DNA of 64,000 nucleotides from Trichodelitschia bisporula (Eukaryota): NCBI GenBank assembly GCA_010356995.1, contig ML996702.1, positions 1 to 64,000 of the forward strand, read 5' to 3'. Shown piece by piece: positions 25,802 to 37,850 of this stretch (position 1 is its first letter; each line of letters starts with the position of its first letter). The notes under the pieces were generated by a model. It saw only the letters and a program-made list of their open reading frames with translations, ran no database searches and was not told where the DNA came from. The position numbers and the translations under genes were made by a program.

Positions 25802-26784
25802 CTACGGTATGGACTCGTACACCCTGTCATCGTCCCTTGGGGGCTGCAAGTAGTCGTGCGGTGGTTCCTCTGGCAGCTGGCGCACCTCTGCCCACGAGCG
25901 TACCGCCTCAAAGTCGCGGCACTCATGGCGCGTGTTGAAGTCGACAAACGGCTCTGGCGCCTTGGGATTCCACCACACCTGGCCGAGGACGCCGACGTCC
26001 ACGGTGCACATGAGCTGCTGGCGGATGATGTCAAGGCAGTGCGCTGGCAGGTTAGCTTTGCGAGGAGCTGCGTGGTTATTGTGCACGAGCGGGAGTACTC
26101 ACTGACGTGAAACTTGACAATGTGCTCCTCGTTTTTGAAGGCGCCTTCGCCTCGGTCGTGATAGTAGGCGTGGTTAAAGTAGAGGGATTTTCGGAGGAGG
26201 TTCTTGTTTCGTTAGCACAGTCATAATCTCAGTGGGAGCTTCATTACCAGGCAGTGCAGATGATGGAGTCCTTCGACGTTGGCGGGATATCCTCCTCCAT
26301 ACTTGTCCCGTATCTTGACCTGATCCGGTGCCAAGCCTGACTTCAGTGCGAGGTGGGCGGGGATGGCGACGGCACGGTAGTCAACGCCGAGCGACTCCCA
26401 CGCCGCATCAACCTTGGGCCCAGCATCCAAGCGGAAGTCGTTCAGCTTCGTAAAGGAGCCATTGAACTTGACCGTGCTGTAAGAGATGTCGGCGTCTAGT
26501 AGAGGAGCTGGCGAGTCAGCGCGGGAAGCGGGGTAAACGCGGGGTTGAGCGGGTTGGGGGGTGGGGGGGAACACACAGTATCGCGAGGTGAAACTCATAC
26601 ACAACACATCTCGATTGACAAACGCTCTTCCAGCCCAGAGACCGCCAACTACGCACGCTAGATGTGAAGCGACAAGGAGTATGCGCTTGCGGGTCTGCGA
26701 CTTCACCACTACCACGGGCTCATCCGGCAGCAGCGCCTCTGCGTCCTCGGACTCAACTTTTCGCGAAGCAAACCACGAAGCCAT
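25802..26784 (-). CDS. UstYa/DUF3328 family oxidase (fungal RiPP cyclase-type), 4 exons
   Basis: Single N-terminal transmembrane segment; VDAAWESLG; first HXXHC (EGLHHLHCL|NLLRK); second HXXHC formed across an intron (FHVTHCLDIIRQQLMC..D); FNTRHECRDFEAVRSWA. Three canonical introns restore an intact ORF. Confidence 0.93.
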
Positions 26785-27384
26785 GACGGATGGGAGCTGG
26801 CGGATGCAGCGCAATGAAGAACAGAACCGACCTTGCGCAAATTTGGGGGCCGAAATCGTCTTGAGCGACTTTGATGATGGATTGCAGGATTCTGGAGCCG
26901 AGACCCAAGGTCTGGACCACGGTGCCACGCCGCTTAGGGCAAGTGGCGGCCATCGTTGGTTCAGCTTCGAAGACGTAGAGTGGCTTCCAATATTGAGAGA
27001 TGCTTTTGCGCGGGGTCAGCTGGCGGCATGGCTGAATTGGGAGGTCTACCGTCAACGCAGGTGGTGGTCATAAATTCCCCCAAATAGCATTGACCGGGGC
27101 GTGCCAACATGTCAAGTCGCCATTTGCGGGGCCAAAGAGCACGACATGCCTTGTACTCTGGGGTTGATGTTGCGGCACGGCAATTGGTGCGGCGAGCTGG
27201 TGGCGTCCCCAGCTGAGGTCCCAGCCTTGCACCTTGCATGATGGCCGGGCGAGATGGACAGGCGAGATGGAGCGAGCGAGACGAGTTGTTGTGTTGCGGG
27301 GTATATAATGGCGGGCGTATCGAGGGACGCATTCACTCACATCCTACACTCCTCCACCTACATCTCTCACCTCGCATCACTACT
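26785..27384. promoter_or_regulatory. Putative bidirectional promoter between the DUF3328 gene and the precursor gene
   Basis: 600 bp between head-to-head ATGs; TATATAA at 27302-27308; GCGAGA repeats at about 27248-27283. Confidence 0.6.
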
Positions 27385-27975
27385 ATGCGGTCCACACTCT
27401 TCGTCCTCGCCCTCGCCCTCGGCATCGCCGCCGCGCCTACCAACGTCGCTCGCGAGGCTGCGCCCGAGGCTGCCGCCGCGCCAGCGCCCGGATATGGCGA
27501 CTACGGCAAGTACGGCAAGTACGGCAACTATGGCAAGTACGATGGCAGCTATGGCAAATACGCGTCATACGGCACGTACAAGCGGTCGGCGGAACCAGAG
27601 GCTGCCCCCGAGGCTGCCCCCGAGGCGGCTCCCAAGCCCGAGGCGGAGCCTGCTCCGGCACCCGGCTACGGCGACTACGGGAAGTACGGCAACTACGGCA
27701 AGTACGATGGCAGCTACGGCAAATACGGGTCGTACGGCACGTACAAGCGGTCGGCGGAGCCAGAGGCGGCCCCTGAGGCGGCCCCAGAGGCTGCTCCTGA
27801 AGCGGCTCCTGAAGCTGCTCCTGAGCCCGAAGCGGAGCCTGCGCCTGCTCCCGGCTACGGCGACTACGGCAAGTACGGCAGCTACGGCAAGTACGATGGC
27901 AGCTACGGCAAGTACGCGTCGTACGGCACGTACAAGCGCCATGTCGAGTGGTCAGTAGCCCGTTCGGCTGTTTGA
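27385..27975 (+). CDS. Kex2-processed repeat protein (KEP), candidate RiPP precursor with three Gly/Tyr/Lys-rich cores
   Basis: Signal peptide MRSTLFVLALALGIAAAP; three repeats of an acidic EA/AP spacer + GYGDYGKYG..YGKYDGSYGKY.SYGTY + KR. The last few codons may differ if GTCAGT near 27951 is a splice donor. Confidence 0.92.
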   Translation: MRSTLFVLALALGIAAAPTNVAREAAPEAAAAPAPGYGDYGKYGKYGNYGKYDGSYGKYASYGTYKRSAEPEAAPEAAPEAAPKPEAEPAPAPGYGDYGKYGNYGKYDGSYGKYGSYGTYKRSAEPEAAPEAAPEAAPEAAPEAAPEPEAEPAPAPGYGDYGKYGSYGKYDGSYGKYASYGTYKRHVEWSVARSAV

Positions 27976-28703
27976 CGTTGATTGACTCCAGCAGATCGCC
28001 GAATCTGGCCCCCACAGGAGGGCCCATGCTGACTGGGGTGCTCTACACATAATTGGTGATTGTCTTCGGTAGTCGATCGGGATCCGAGATGATTGTAAAG
28101 TAATCTAATCAGCAATCCGTGGCTCTTGCATTATGCTCCTTTGCTCGTGTCCTGCTGATAGCTTCGTGAACATGATAAATGCCCTACAGGAACACATGTT
28201 ACTCGATCTGGCGAGGGTGACAACCGAAAGGCTTCGCACATGGCATGGAGCTAAGGCGGCACCAAAGGGTGGGCGATATGGCAAGCCGAGGCGCGAGGAT
28301 GTGAAGGCTCGTATTCATCAAATTTTGAGCGCGGCGACCGCTTCGGCGGGCCTTAAATCAGTCCAAAGCCAAAAGCATTGAGACGTCATCTCTTACTGAG
28401 CTTGGCGGATCTCTCCCATCGCTGCAAACATATGGGCGTCATACAATCCAGTTCATACGCCATCACGCGCGCCAACGGGCTGCAATCTCGAGTCTTTATG
28501 TCGTCGCGCCAATTGGCCTGGAAGTCGACTCTGCTAATTGACCTTCGGATCATGCTAATAATTGGGCTTGGGTTGCAATCTGACGACCCAAAAACCGGGT
28601 TGGAGTCTCGCCGGCAAAAATCCTGATCGACATTCTGACACTACCCCCGCGGGTCTCGTATATAGGTAGGAACCGATCCCATCAGAGGTGGGATACAGCA
28701 GCC

Positions 28704-29122
28704 ATGAAAGTCGAGACCCTCAGCCTTCTGCTATTTAGGTACGTCGTCCGTCGCCTTTCTGGCGCCTGCTAACCGCCAGTGCCTTCTCCGCTGCCCAGCG
28801 CACCGGTGGCTGGGGCCGGCCGCGACCTCAAACGTGCACAGTTGAAGTGTACGTTGGCACAACGACGCATGACGTCCGGACGACCCGCACGCGCACCCGC
28901 ACGCGGACCACACCAGTCACCATCACCACAGTCACGGTGAGCGTCTCGTACGAAACCATCGTCGTCGAGCGCGACGGGGTCAAGACGACTAGAACGCGCA
29001 CGCGGTCCCACGACGTGCCAGCGACGATCACGACCCAGGAGGAGCGCGTCTCCACTGAGACAATTGTGGTTGAGCGGGACCGACCGGAAACGATTACCTC
29101 GTCGACAACGGTGTGTCAGTAG
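28704..29122 (+). CDS. Small secreted Thr/Arg/Val-rich protein with internal duplication
   Basis: TATATA near 28658; intron 28739-28779 (GTACGT..CTAAC..CAG) joins MKVETLSLLLFS to AFSAAQ... in frame with the 28847-29122 ORF; RTRTR and ETIVVERD each occur twice; only two Cys, one near each end of the mature part. Confidence 0.7.
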
Positions 29123-29138
29123 GAGTAATCAAGGCTGG

Positions 29139-29218
29139 ATTTTGGTGTCCAACACATGCCACGGTAGGCCAGTAGGAGCAATCAAGTTTGAATTTTGGTG
29201 TCCGACACATGCCACGGT
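29139..29218 (+). repeat. Short direct repeat
   Basis: ATTTTGGTGTCC(A/G)ACACATGCCACGGT occurs twice. Confidence 0.7.
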
Positions 29219-30564
29219 GACTGGCAAGTGATTTGAGAACATCGGCGTAGTCTAGGTTGAGCCATCTGCTCGAGCAATCCCGATGAAGGATGCTTAATGG
29301 CAAGACTCGAGAGCAGGATGATAATTGAAGTTGAAGGCTGCCCGAGAGCAAATTTCCGTCCTCAGAGTTGTCGTCATCCTCGAAACCGCCGTTGCTCCAT
29401 CCATCTTGTGATTCCCTCTTTGTTCCTAATTCAATGGCATCTTATTCCATCTTATTCCACCTCATATCGCCTCATGGAATGAGGCCTGTGGATGAAATAA
29501 TGTTGACGTTTCAATCGCAGTTGGCCGCTTCCAATTGGTGGTCAAATCACGTGTACACGCATGTCTCAAGTTGCGGCGTGCAGCGATTATTTCAAGCGTA
29601 TCATCAACCACGTCAACCTCATCTCAACCTCATCGCACCCATCTCCCCGCCGAAATGCAACCTCATCTCATACATCTCCCCGCCGACTCACCCTCAATAT
29701 CTGGCCTGAAAGAACCCCATTAGGCTGGCGGAAAACCTTCATTCTGTTTAACTTGCAAGAATCGGCCCCATCATCAATCTGACCCACGCGGCGAGGGCCT
29801 CCAACATGGTGTCTTTCGAATTTGCCTGCGCGATACGCCATCCAGTGTTGCCACACTCGCCGGGGATAACCTCGACTCATGTTACTATAAGCGCTATCGT
29901 GCCCGGAGTGTTAGCAAGCCATCGAAGCTACTTAGATGTGGCATTGAGAGAATCGCTCGTCGTCATCTACACCGGCGACGTGCTGGGACCGAAATGTCTC
30001 CATGGTGGTGAAGACAGAGGTGCATTGCCTTCGGAACCGAGCCAATGAATGACCTCACTCAACCCCGCGTAGACAGTATTCTACTTCAACTACGGGAGCG
30101 GATCATCTTGCGAAACTGGGCGCATCGGAATTCGTTCGCCGCCTAGACCACCCATTGTCCATGTCAGAGATCACTACACCTTGTTCGATGCCGGGCCCTA
30201 GCACAATCGCTGGAGACGCCTTTCTTTTCGAGTTCTTCCCCAAGGCGAGGACCTTTGAGCAGAGAACCCGGATCGCTTGAACATATGCCCAGGCTCCGTT
30301 TCGCCGTCAAACAGCAAGGTCATGTTTCCAGGTGAATACAGCAGTGCTGGTGATTGCCTCCGCGGAGCACTGCTAGACAACTACGTGGGAGATCTTAAAT
30401 TGTCAGGATCGTCAGCCGCTGTGGTCACCTTCTGCTCAGCCTCGTCTCATTGATTGCCGAAGTCACGTGCTGTCAAGGCCACCCGCCATGGCGGGGTCGT
30501 GAAGGTTGATGTGAGGTCGGCGCCTAAATCTGGACACCGCGGACAGCTTCAAATGCCAAAAAAA

Positions 30565-32672
30565 ATGGAGGAATCAGAGCCTCTCTGCAGTATCTGCTCC
30601 GACCTCCCCTTCGAAACCTACTTCACCCGCACTCTGCATACCCGCATCGGCGGCCGCGGCTTTCCCGAGGCGACCGCAGCGCGTCGTGCGCATTCTGCCG
30701 CCTTGTTGCCACAGCCTCAGATATCAACACGAACCCTTCCACGTACACGCTGACAGAGGCGGTTGCCTCCGACGCCCGCTCGAGCCGCAAGACCGTGTGC
30801 CGTATAGGAAGCTATTGCTTCGCAGACAACCACTACGGCTCTCCAGACTCGGAAAAGGCATATCGCATCACCAGCACATATAGGCTCGCCCATGGATCCG
30901 AGCATCCGCAGTTTCTGGCGCCGCTTGGTGAAATCCATCTGAATATCGAAGACGCTCGTCGGCTGGGGGCTCACGGCATGTTTTACGGGCCAGACGTGCC
31001 CCCCCGCCCGGACATCGAGATGTTAAGGCCGTGGCTGCGGTCGTGCGAAGTCGAGCACGGCGACGGATGCGCCCGACCTGGTGGCGTCTCGGTTCCCATC
31101 GAAGAACCGCGCAATCTCTATGCAGTCGACGTGCAGCAGCGCTGCGTCACCCCCCTCGCACAAGGGTCCCGGTATCTGGCGCTGAGCTACTGCTGGCCAT
31201 CTGGGGGCCGTACTCTGCGGCTCCTGCGTGCCAACCATGACGACCTACACCAACCCGGCGGGCTCGACTGCCACATTGATCTGATGCCGAAGACACTGCT
31301 GGACGCAATTCAGCTTACGGCCAATCTCAGTGAACGCTACCTCTGGATAGACGCGCTTTGCATCATACAGGACGACTCCGTCCACATCGCCTCGCAGATT
31401 GTGCAAACGGGTGCCGTGTACGGCTCCGCAGTCGCGACCATCGTTGCCGCACACCCTGTCGACAAAGGCGTACCGGACCTGTGTACCGGACTGCCACGTT
31501 ACGGCAACCCCCAGCCCTTTGTTTCCAGACGGCGCGCCATCATCAAGGGCCTGCGGCTTTCTGTTCCGGCCGGCAATATCGAGCACGTCCGTGGGCTCAC
31601 CCGCTGGGCCACACGTGGCTGGAAGTACCAGGAGGACCTGCTCTCGCGCCGCCTGCTTTATTTTACCCCAACACAGGTGTACTGGCAGTGTCGCGCTGGG
31701 ATCAGATGCGAAGACAGCGACGCCGACTACCGATCCCTACGCGCAGCCATCGGGCTAACGTGCAATCTGCGCAACGTGGAAACGCTGTTCCCGGAAGGGG
31801 ATGCCTTCAAAGGCACGCTCTACCTGGAACGCAGCATTTACCAGACTCCGGGCGAGGCGCTCAACGAGTACGACTGGCACGTGCTCGGATACAAGCTGCG
31901 CACTCTCTCATGGCCCACCGACGCGCTCAAGGCCTTCTCTGGCGTACAGTCCGTGCTGGCAACGGCGATGGGCTCTGCATTCTGGCAGGGCCTACCGGAG
32001 AGGTACCTGGCGGACGCTTTGCTATGGACGACGATGGACGGTGAGCCACAAGTCTGCGAGTCGCCGTTTCCGAGCTGGAGCTGGGCCAGCTGGGCCGGCC
32101 ACGTCAGCCACTCGTATTTTCCACCCCCGGGTAGAATCCGCAACGAGGTTGACTGGTTCTTGGTGAGCGAGGGCCGCGCCATGTGGATAGATACGCAGCA
32201 GCTGGATGTTGAACTCGACCCGAAGAATCTGCAGTTGCGGGCTCCGGACGCGGCGCCTCCCGGGTTGCAAGTCGTGCCGCGAGCTGGAGCGGACACGGCA
32301 GAGTGGCAGTCTACGCGGCACCTTGCTGGTTGGACCACGCTGGCATCGTTCTCGGTCGACGGGACGGAAGTCTCGCTGGGCCGGCACGGCAATATCTGGT
32401 CGAAGAGCCAGACCCTAACTATCAAAGATGCAGCAGGAACGTGGATCGGGAGCGTGCTGCTGCGAAAAGAAGACATTGCGCACGCGCTCGATGGGAAGAA
32501 AGACTTTATACTTCTTTTGCGATCCAAACAGGGGCCGGTGGGACCGCCTGGGCGGACTGTATTCCCTGTCTTTGACCAGAAACTACTGGCGGTGCGGGAT
32601 TGGGGCATCGCGAATGTGATGCTGGTTCGATGGGATGAGGATGTTGCGCATCGTGTTGCGCGCTTTGGGTAG
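30565..32672 (+). pseudogene. HET-domain (heterokaryon incompatibility) protein, frameshifted near the N-terminus
   Basis: RYLALSYCW, PKTLLDAI, YLWIDALCIIQDD, WATRGWKYQE.LLSRR, FPSWSWASW. N-terminal LCSIC and CAFCRL motifs lie in different frames (shift around 30660-30685). Confidence 0.8.
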
Positions 32673-33926
32673 CGAAGATGAAGCCACGACCACGACTGAT
32701 GCAAGGTAAACGATGACATTTGAGTTGGTTGATGATACCATGTTTGCCAAAGTGGTTTGGCCTCTGATTTGACCATAAACGACAGTGCGCTCTCATATGG
32801 CGTAACCTTCAACACTGGGGGGGCAGTGCGCTCGCCGGAGAAGAAACGCTATTCATGAGTTCTTACAAGCAACTTATCACATTCTCTCAGGGCATCATAG
32901 GGTTCGCCTGCATTCTTTGTTTCTCCCACACCACACGGCCTATCACTCACCCATGCCGTGGCATCCGTCGGATGCGGAGCACCCTCCGGCGGTCTCGACG
33001 AGCCCGACCCCGCCCGTTTGCGCCCAGCGCTCTGCCCCTCCAACCAACAAACCCTTGATCGCCCCTCCCAATTCCTTATCAGCTAGCCGAGAGCCCGTTC
33101 CGCCCTTTCCGTTCATAAGGCTACTGCCTAGCGTACCGTTCACCTTCTTTGGGGGCCGTAGCCAGCCCCGCATGCTTACTCCAGGGCATCCGCCAAGACC
33201 GAACCTTCGGACCGGGCAGCGAGTCTGGCACGCCTCTAGCACGCGCCATTGCACGAGAGGGCCTTAGCGTACCGGTTGATCAGAGGAGGAAGTCCCTTCG
33301 CTGAACACGGGATGCTGACGCGGGCCCGGCTTCTAGAAGGCGGGTTGTGGACCTTTCGGCCGGAAGCCGGTACGCTTGCAAGGCAGGTCCCTGTTGACCC
33401 TATCAGTGGTGGGTCTCCCAGGGACGGGAGCCCGTGCCTAGCGCTGGAAGGGGTGGACGTGACGTCCGCTGAATGCTCCTCCGACGTCGGCGAGGCGATC
33501 ATGACGCGCAGGGGGTTGGTGCTTCGTTTCGCATTGCCTCCAACTCGGGCCGGGACCGGGGAACGTTACGGTAGCTATGCGGGCCGAAGAATCACCATAT
33601 TGTAGCCTCCTGCGAGCGAAGACGCGGGGGAGGTACATTATATCGCACGGTGAAATGTCTTTGACTGGCAGCCTATTCCCGAGTCCGCCCCTTCCGGACA
33701 ATGACTTCTTTTCAATCTTTCCTGAAGCCTAATTAAACTGTTTTGGACGACCTTCGCGCGCATGCCAAAGGATGCACACATCGTGAGGCGGTAGGATTCT
33801 GAGCCCCCCGGCATCCAAGCTGCGGCATGCCCCACACATTACCGTACCCACCGCTGCCCCATACCACGGACTCGGACCGCGCCCCGGACGGCTCGCATAG
33901 CACGAAGCCACTACCATTCACTCCAA

Positions 33927-33927
<1 letters not shown>

Positions 33928-33971
<44 letters not shown>

Positions 33972-33979
33972 ACCCCCCC
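33928..33979. repeat. Poly-C homopolymer
   Basis: Run of more than 40 C. Confidence 0.95.
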
Positions 33980-34645
33980 GCCTCCTCTTCCCTCAACACT
34001 TTCCCACTCAGATCCCCATCCTCAACCCAACCTCCCCCAACTTCGAACTCAGCCCCCCCGACCCGCTCCCTTCCGCCCCCACTCTACACCTCAGCGAATC
34101 ATTTTCTTGGAGAAGAGACGGGAAGGACGGCAACAATCTCGCTCCTCAACCAGTGACGCATGTATAGGTTACGTGCATGCATTCTAGAAGGGTGAAGTGG
34201 ACCCTCTGGGCCGCCCGGAAGCCGGTGGCTAGGGGCAGTGCTCGGGAACCAAGTCACGTTAGGCGTCACCGCTTCCCCACTCGCTCACCGTAGTTCCTTA
34301 GTCTAGAGAATGGGGGAGCCGGGCAATGTGTCCATGGCGCAGCGAGCGGGCTTTCTTGCTGAGAAATGCCCGAAGCAAGTGGCGCTGACGAGTTGAACTG
34401 CCGAGCGCATTGGAATACGTATCGGGCCGAGGAGTGGCGTACACGGGCCGAAACAGGAGGAATGGTCGCTTCAGAGTGCATATTCCATTGCCAGTCCATC
34501 TGGGGGCTACGTAATCCTGCCCACGCGAGTCATATACATCGTGAACCCCACCCGCGCCCACATCCCAAACCGACACGCCTGAAAGTGCCGCCAAACGCCT
34601 AGGAAAATCATCATCCCTATTTACAAGCAGAGCACATCAGCACCA

Positions 34646-35018
34646 CTACTCAAATTCCAACTCCGTGCCCACTTTTCCCAAGAATCCGTGAAAGCCCTCT
34701 TCTTCTCCACCTAAAGTGCCCTCGCTAAAACTCAGCGCACTCTCCGCAACGCCAACATCCCCGTTCCAGCCCTCCCATCCAGTCGTCGCTCCCGGCCCAA
34801 CCGGGCCAGGTAATGCCGGCCCCGGAAGTCCCCCATAGATAGTATCGTAAATGCTGTCTGCCCCACTGTCCAGACTGCTAAGCAGGCGCTCCCACTCCGA
34901 CGAGCCCATGGGCTTGCCCCCTTGGATCCCAGGATACGGGGCGTAGCTTTCGGCGGGAGGGGCGTAAACCTCGCGGGGCGCATACGTGGGCGGTGTGAGG
35001 AGGAGATGGTTCTGTTGC

Positions 35019-35051
<33 letters not shown>

Positions 35052-37347
35052 AGTTGGAGTTGCTGCTGCTGTCCCCCCATTCCAATTCCATGGACCTTAT
35101 ACCCCATCGTCGACACCGGCAGCGGTAGCGGTGCGCTCCTAACTTCAACTCCAGGCCGTCCAGTACCAACGGCAATCGGGCGTGGGATCTTCTTGCGCGC
35201 TGCCGATTGCGCACCTGACCCACCAACGACAGTCTTCATCCCGCCACCGGAAGAGGAGGTTGCGCTCACCGGGGTCGAGCGCGCCGACGATGTCGAAGTG
35301 GAGGGCTTGGCGTCCGCATCGCTGTGGCGGTGAGCCTTGACCTTGTGCGGAGCAGGGCTCGTCTCCGCCGTCAGGGCCGCGATAACGGCCTTGAATCCGG
35401 CGGCAGTGGCGGCGGGACAACCCTGCGTCTCAAGCATAGAGGCAATGGAGTTGACGAGCCGGCGTGAGTCTTTCATCACGGCGCCGCAGCGGTCAATGTC
35501 CAGCGTCTGGAAGAGCAGGCCGAAGCCTGCGGCGAGAAGCGTGGCGGGGGCGGAGAGTGGAAGCGCGAGGGCTAAGCCACGCTCGGCGAGCAGCTGAGTT
35601 ATTTGTACCATATGCTTTGCCGAGTCGGCAAGGGCGACGACGAATGGGCCTGCATGAGAAGGAGCGGTGGTACTGAGGCAGACGGGGAGTCGGAAGATGA
35701 GCGTACGGGTATAGTGGTAGAGAAGAGACTGTTCATCAGCACTGAATCGGAGAGAGGGGGTCAAATGACTTACAAGCAGCGGTGACCGGCTCGATGTCAC
35801 GTTCGTGCCCGGCTTGTCCTGCACGAACTTCAGCCTAAGATGTGGAGGCAGCGCCGCACTCCAGGCGTCTAGCTCTTCAGCCTGTGCGCTGAGCCGTGTG
35901 TAGGAGATTTCATGGCTCGATGACGCAGGGTAGTTCTCGCGGAGCACCTTGGAGAGGATGCGGCCGAGTTTGAAGAGCTCGAGTGCGCTCGAGAGCTTGG
36001 TGTGCTCGTTGGTCCCGCTGGGCAGGAAACCGATCTCGGTAACGTACTCATCGTCTGCATCGACGGGGTATTCGCACTGAACATCTTCTTCCCGTACGAG
36101 CTGCGGCAGGCCCATTTGTGCGGCAGAGACACTAGCTTGTCAGATTTTTGCTCTTCCTGGCGAAAGAGGGAAAAAAATACCAATCCAGGACGTAGAGTGT
36201 CCAAAACACCTTCTTGCGCGTCTCGCTCGTCAGCGACCCAAGTGCAAACTGTTTCTGCGACTGGTGAAGGCCCAGTCGGTAGGCAAGGCTAACGGCCAGT
36301 CCTTTGTACTTAACGAGCCGGTCGTGATCGGCATTGAGCAGGCAGTAGATCTGTGCGAGTACAAGGCACTGCAGTGTGACCATGGACGTGTCCATGAGGA
36401 ATGATTCGAGAGCCGCCTGCCACTGGATCTCAAAGGAGTCGATGTCGTGCTTGGATTGGGCCTGTTCGGTCAGCTTACGGGAAGATTACGACGCTGCGAA
36501 GAGACGTACCCCGCCCGAACGCGCGGAGATGCCAAATACGAGGTGCAGCTGTGCGAGCGACTTCTTATCGTCCACCCCTTCTGGCCGCGTAATGTAGCTC
36601 TCGTAGAGGGCGAGGAATGTCGGGCGATGGAGCACCGGGAACAACGGCGCCCACTCCTGGAAGAAGATGTTCACAAGCTGGTCCGAGACCATGCGCGGCG
36701 GCGCCTCCCACCGCAGAGGCTGCTCGGCGGCACAATCGGTGATGGAGCACAGAGCGTCGGTGTCGATGGGAATGGTCTGTCCCGCTTCTTCGAGCTTCTT
36801 CTTGAACGCCTCCACAAGGGCGCGGTTGCTGGAGGTGCCGGCGAAGCACGCATCGGCCGATTCGCCCTGCAGCGTGGGCGTCTGCAAGACCTTGAAAACA
36901 TCATCCCTCTTTTCTGGCTCTGCGGGTGGCGACGGAGACGCAGTTTTTCGCGGCGTGTGCATCGGCTGTGGGTTGGGATGGGAGTGGATGCGGGTAAGAA
37001 TGTCGATTTTCTCGTCCTTCTCGTCGAGTAGGGCTTTGAGGTCGCGCACCTCGGCTTCGAGACAGCGCACGCGCTCCTCAAGAGACTCGGTGTATCCGCG
37101 AGGGAAGGCACGCCGGCTCAACTTGTCGCTGGTTTTGCATTCGAATCCAACGTTGACGCATTGTGTACAGCTCCTGGCGGGAGGTTAGACGAAAAGAGAG
37201 AGAGAGAAAGAGGGAGAGAGAGAAGACGTACGGGCGCACGCCGTCACAACGGATCTTCTTGCTGCGGCAGCGGTCACAGGCCTGGGCGATGCGCGACTGG
37301 GCGTTGGACCCAACCTTGATCACCTTCATGGGGAGTATTCCGGGCAT
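34646..37347 (-). CDS. facB: Zn(II)2Cys6 acetate-utilisation transcription factor FacB/Acu-15 (Cat8/Sip4 family), multi-exon
   Basis: Diagnostic N-terminus [70 protein letters not shown]; fungal TF domain [11 protein letters not shown]; polyQ tract. Confidence 0.92.
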
Positions 37348-37692
37348 GTTGACGGCGTCTCATGCAATAAGTATATGTGGCTTGATTTGAGTTGAGACGC
37401 AAAGATGCAGTATATCCAAAATATGCAAAAGTGGGGGTGTAGGAGGAGCGGAGAGAGGGGAAATATGGGAAGAGGCGGGGTGGGATATGAATGACGGACA
37501 GATACAGGCTAAGCGACTTTTGAAGCCTCTTTTGGGGATAGACGGGGTTTGGACTTTCGTTCAGGCTGCTGTGCGGGGGAGCTAAGGGTCTTTAGGTCGG
37601 TTTCGCTGAAGAAGTGGTAATGGATGTCTTCTTGGTGGCACACCAGGGTCTACGTGGAGGGGAAGGGTACAGAGGAGTGAGAGGGTAGAGAG

Positions 37693-37697
<5 letters not shown>

Positions 37698-37728
<31 letters not shown>

Positions 37729-37815
37729 AAGTGAATGGGACCCTTTTTTGATGGAGTGGAGAATAAACGAGATGAAGGGTCGAAGTCAAGGATGAACAGG
37801 GAAAGGTTCAGAGAA

Positions 37816-37850
<35 letters not shown>

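Noticed and set aside
27385..27975. Alpha-factor-like mating pheromone precursor
   Set aside because: Processing signals are similar, but the cores are much longer than ascomycete alpha-type pheromones, lack their Trp/Cys/GQP-type features, and the gene is paired with DUF3328.
27254..28027. Alternative-frame and antisense ORFs (Thr/Ala-rich, Cys/Arg-rich) over the precursor
   Set aside because: Shadow frames of a GC-rich repeat; only the YG frame has a signal peptide and KR sites.
33733..34156. Poly-Pro/poly-Gly ORFs
   Set aside because: Produced by the poly-C run.
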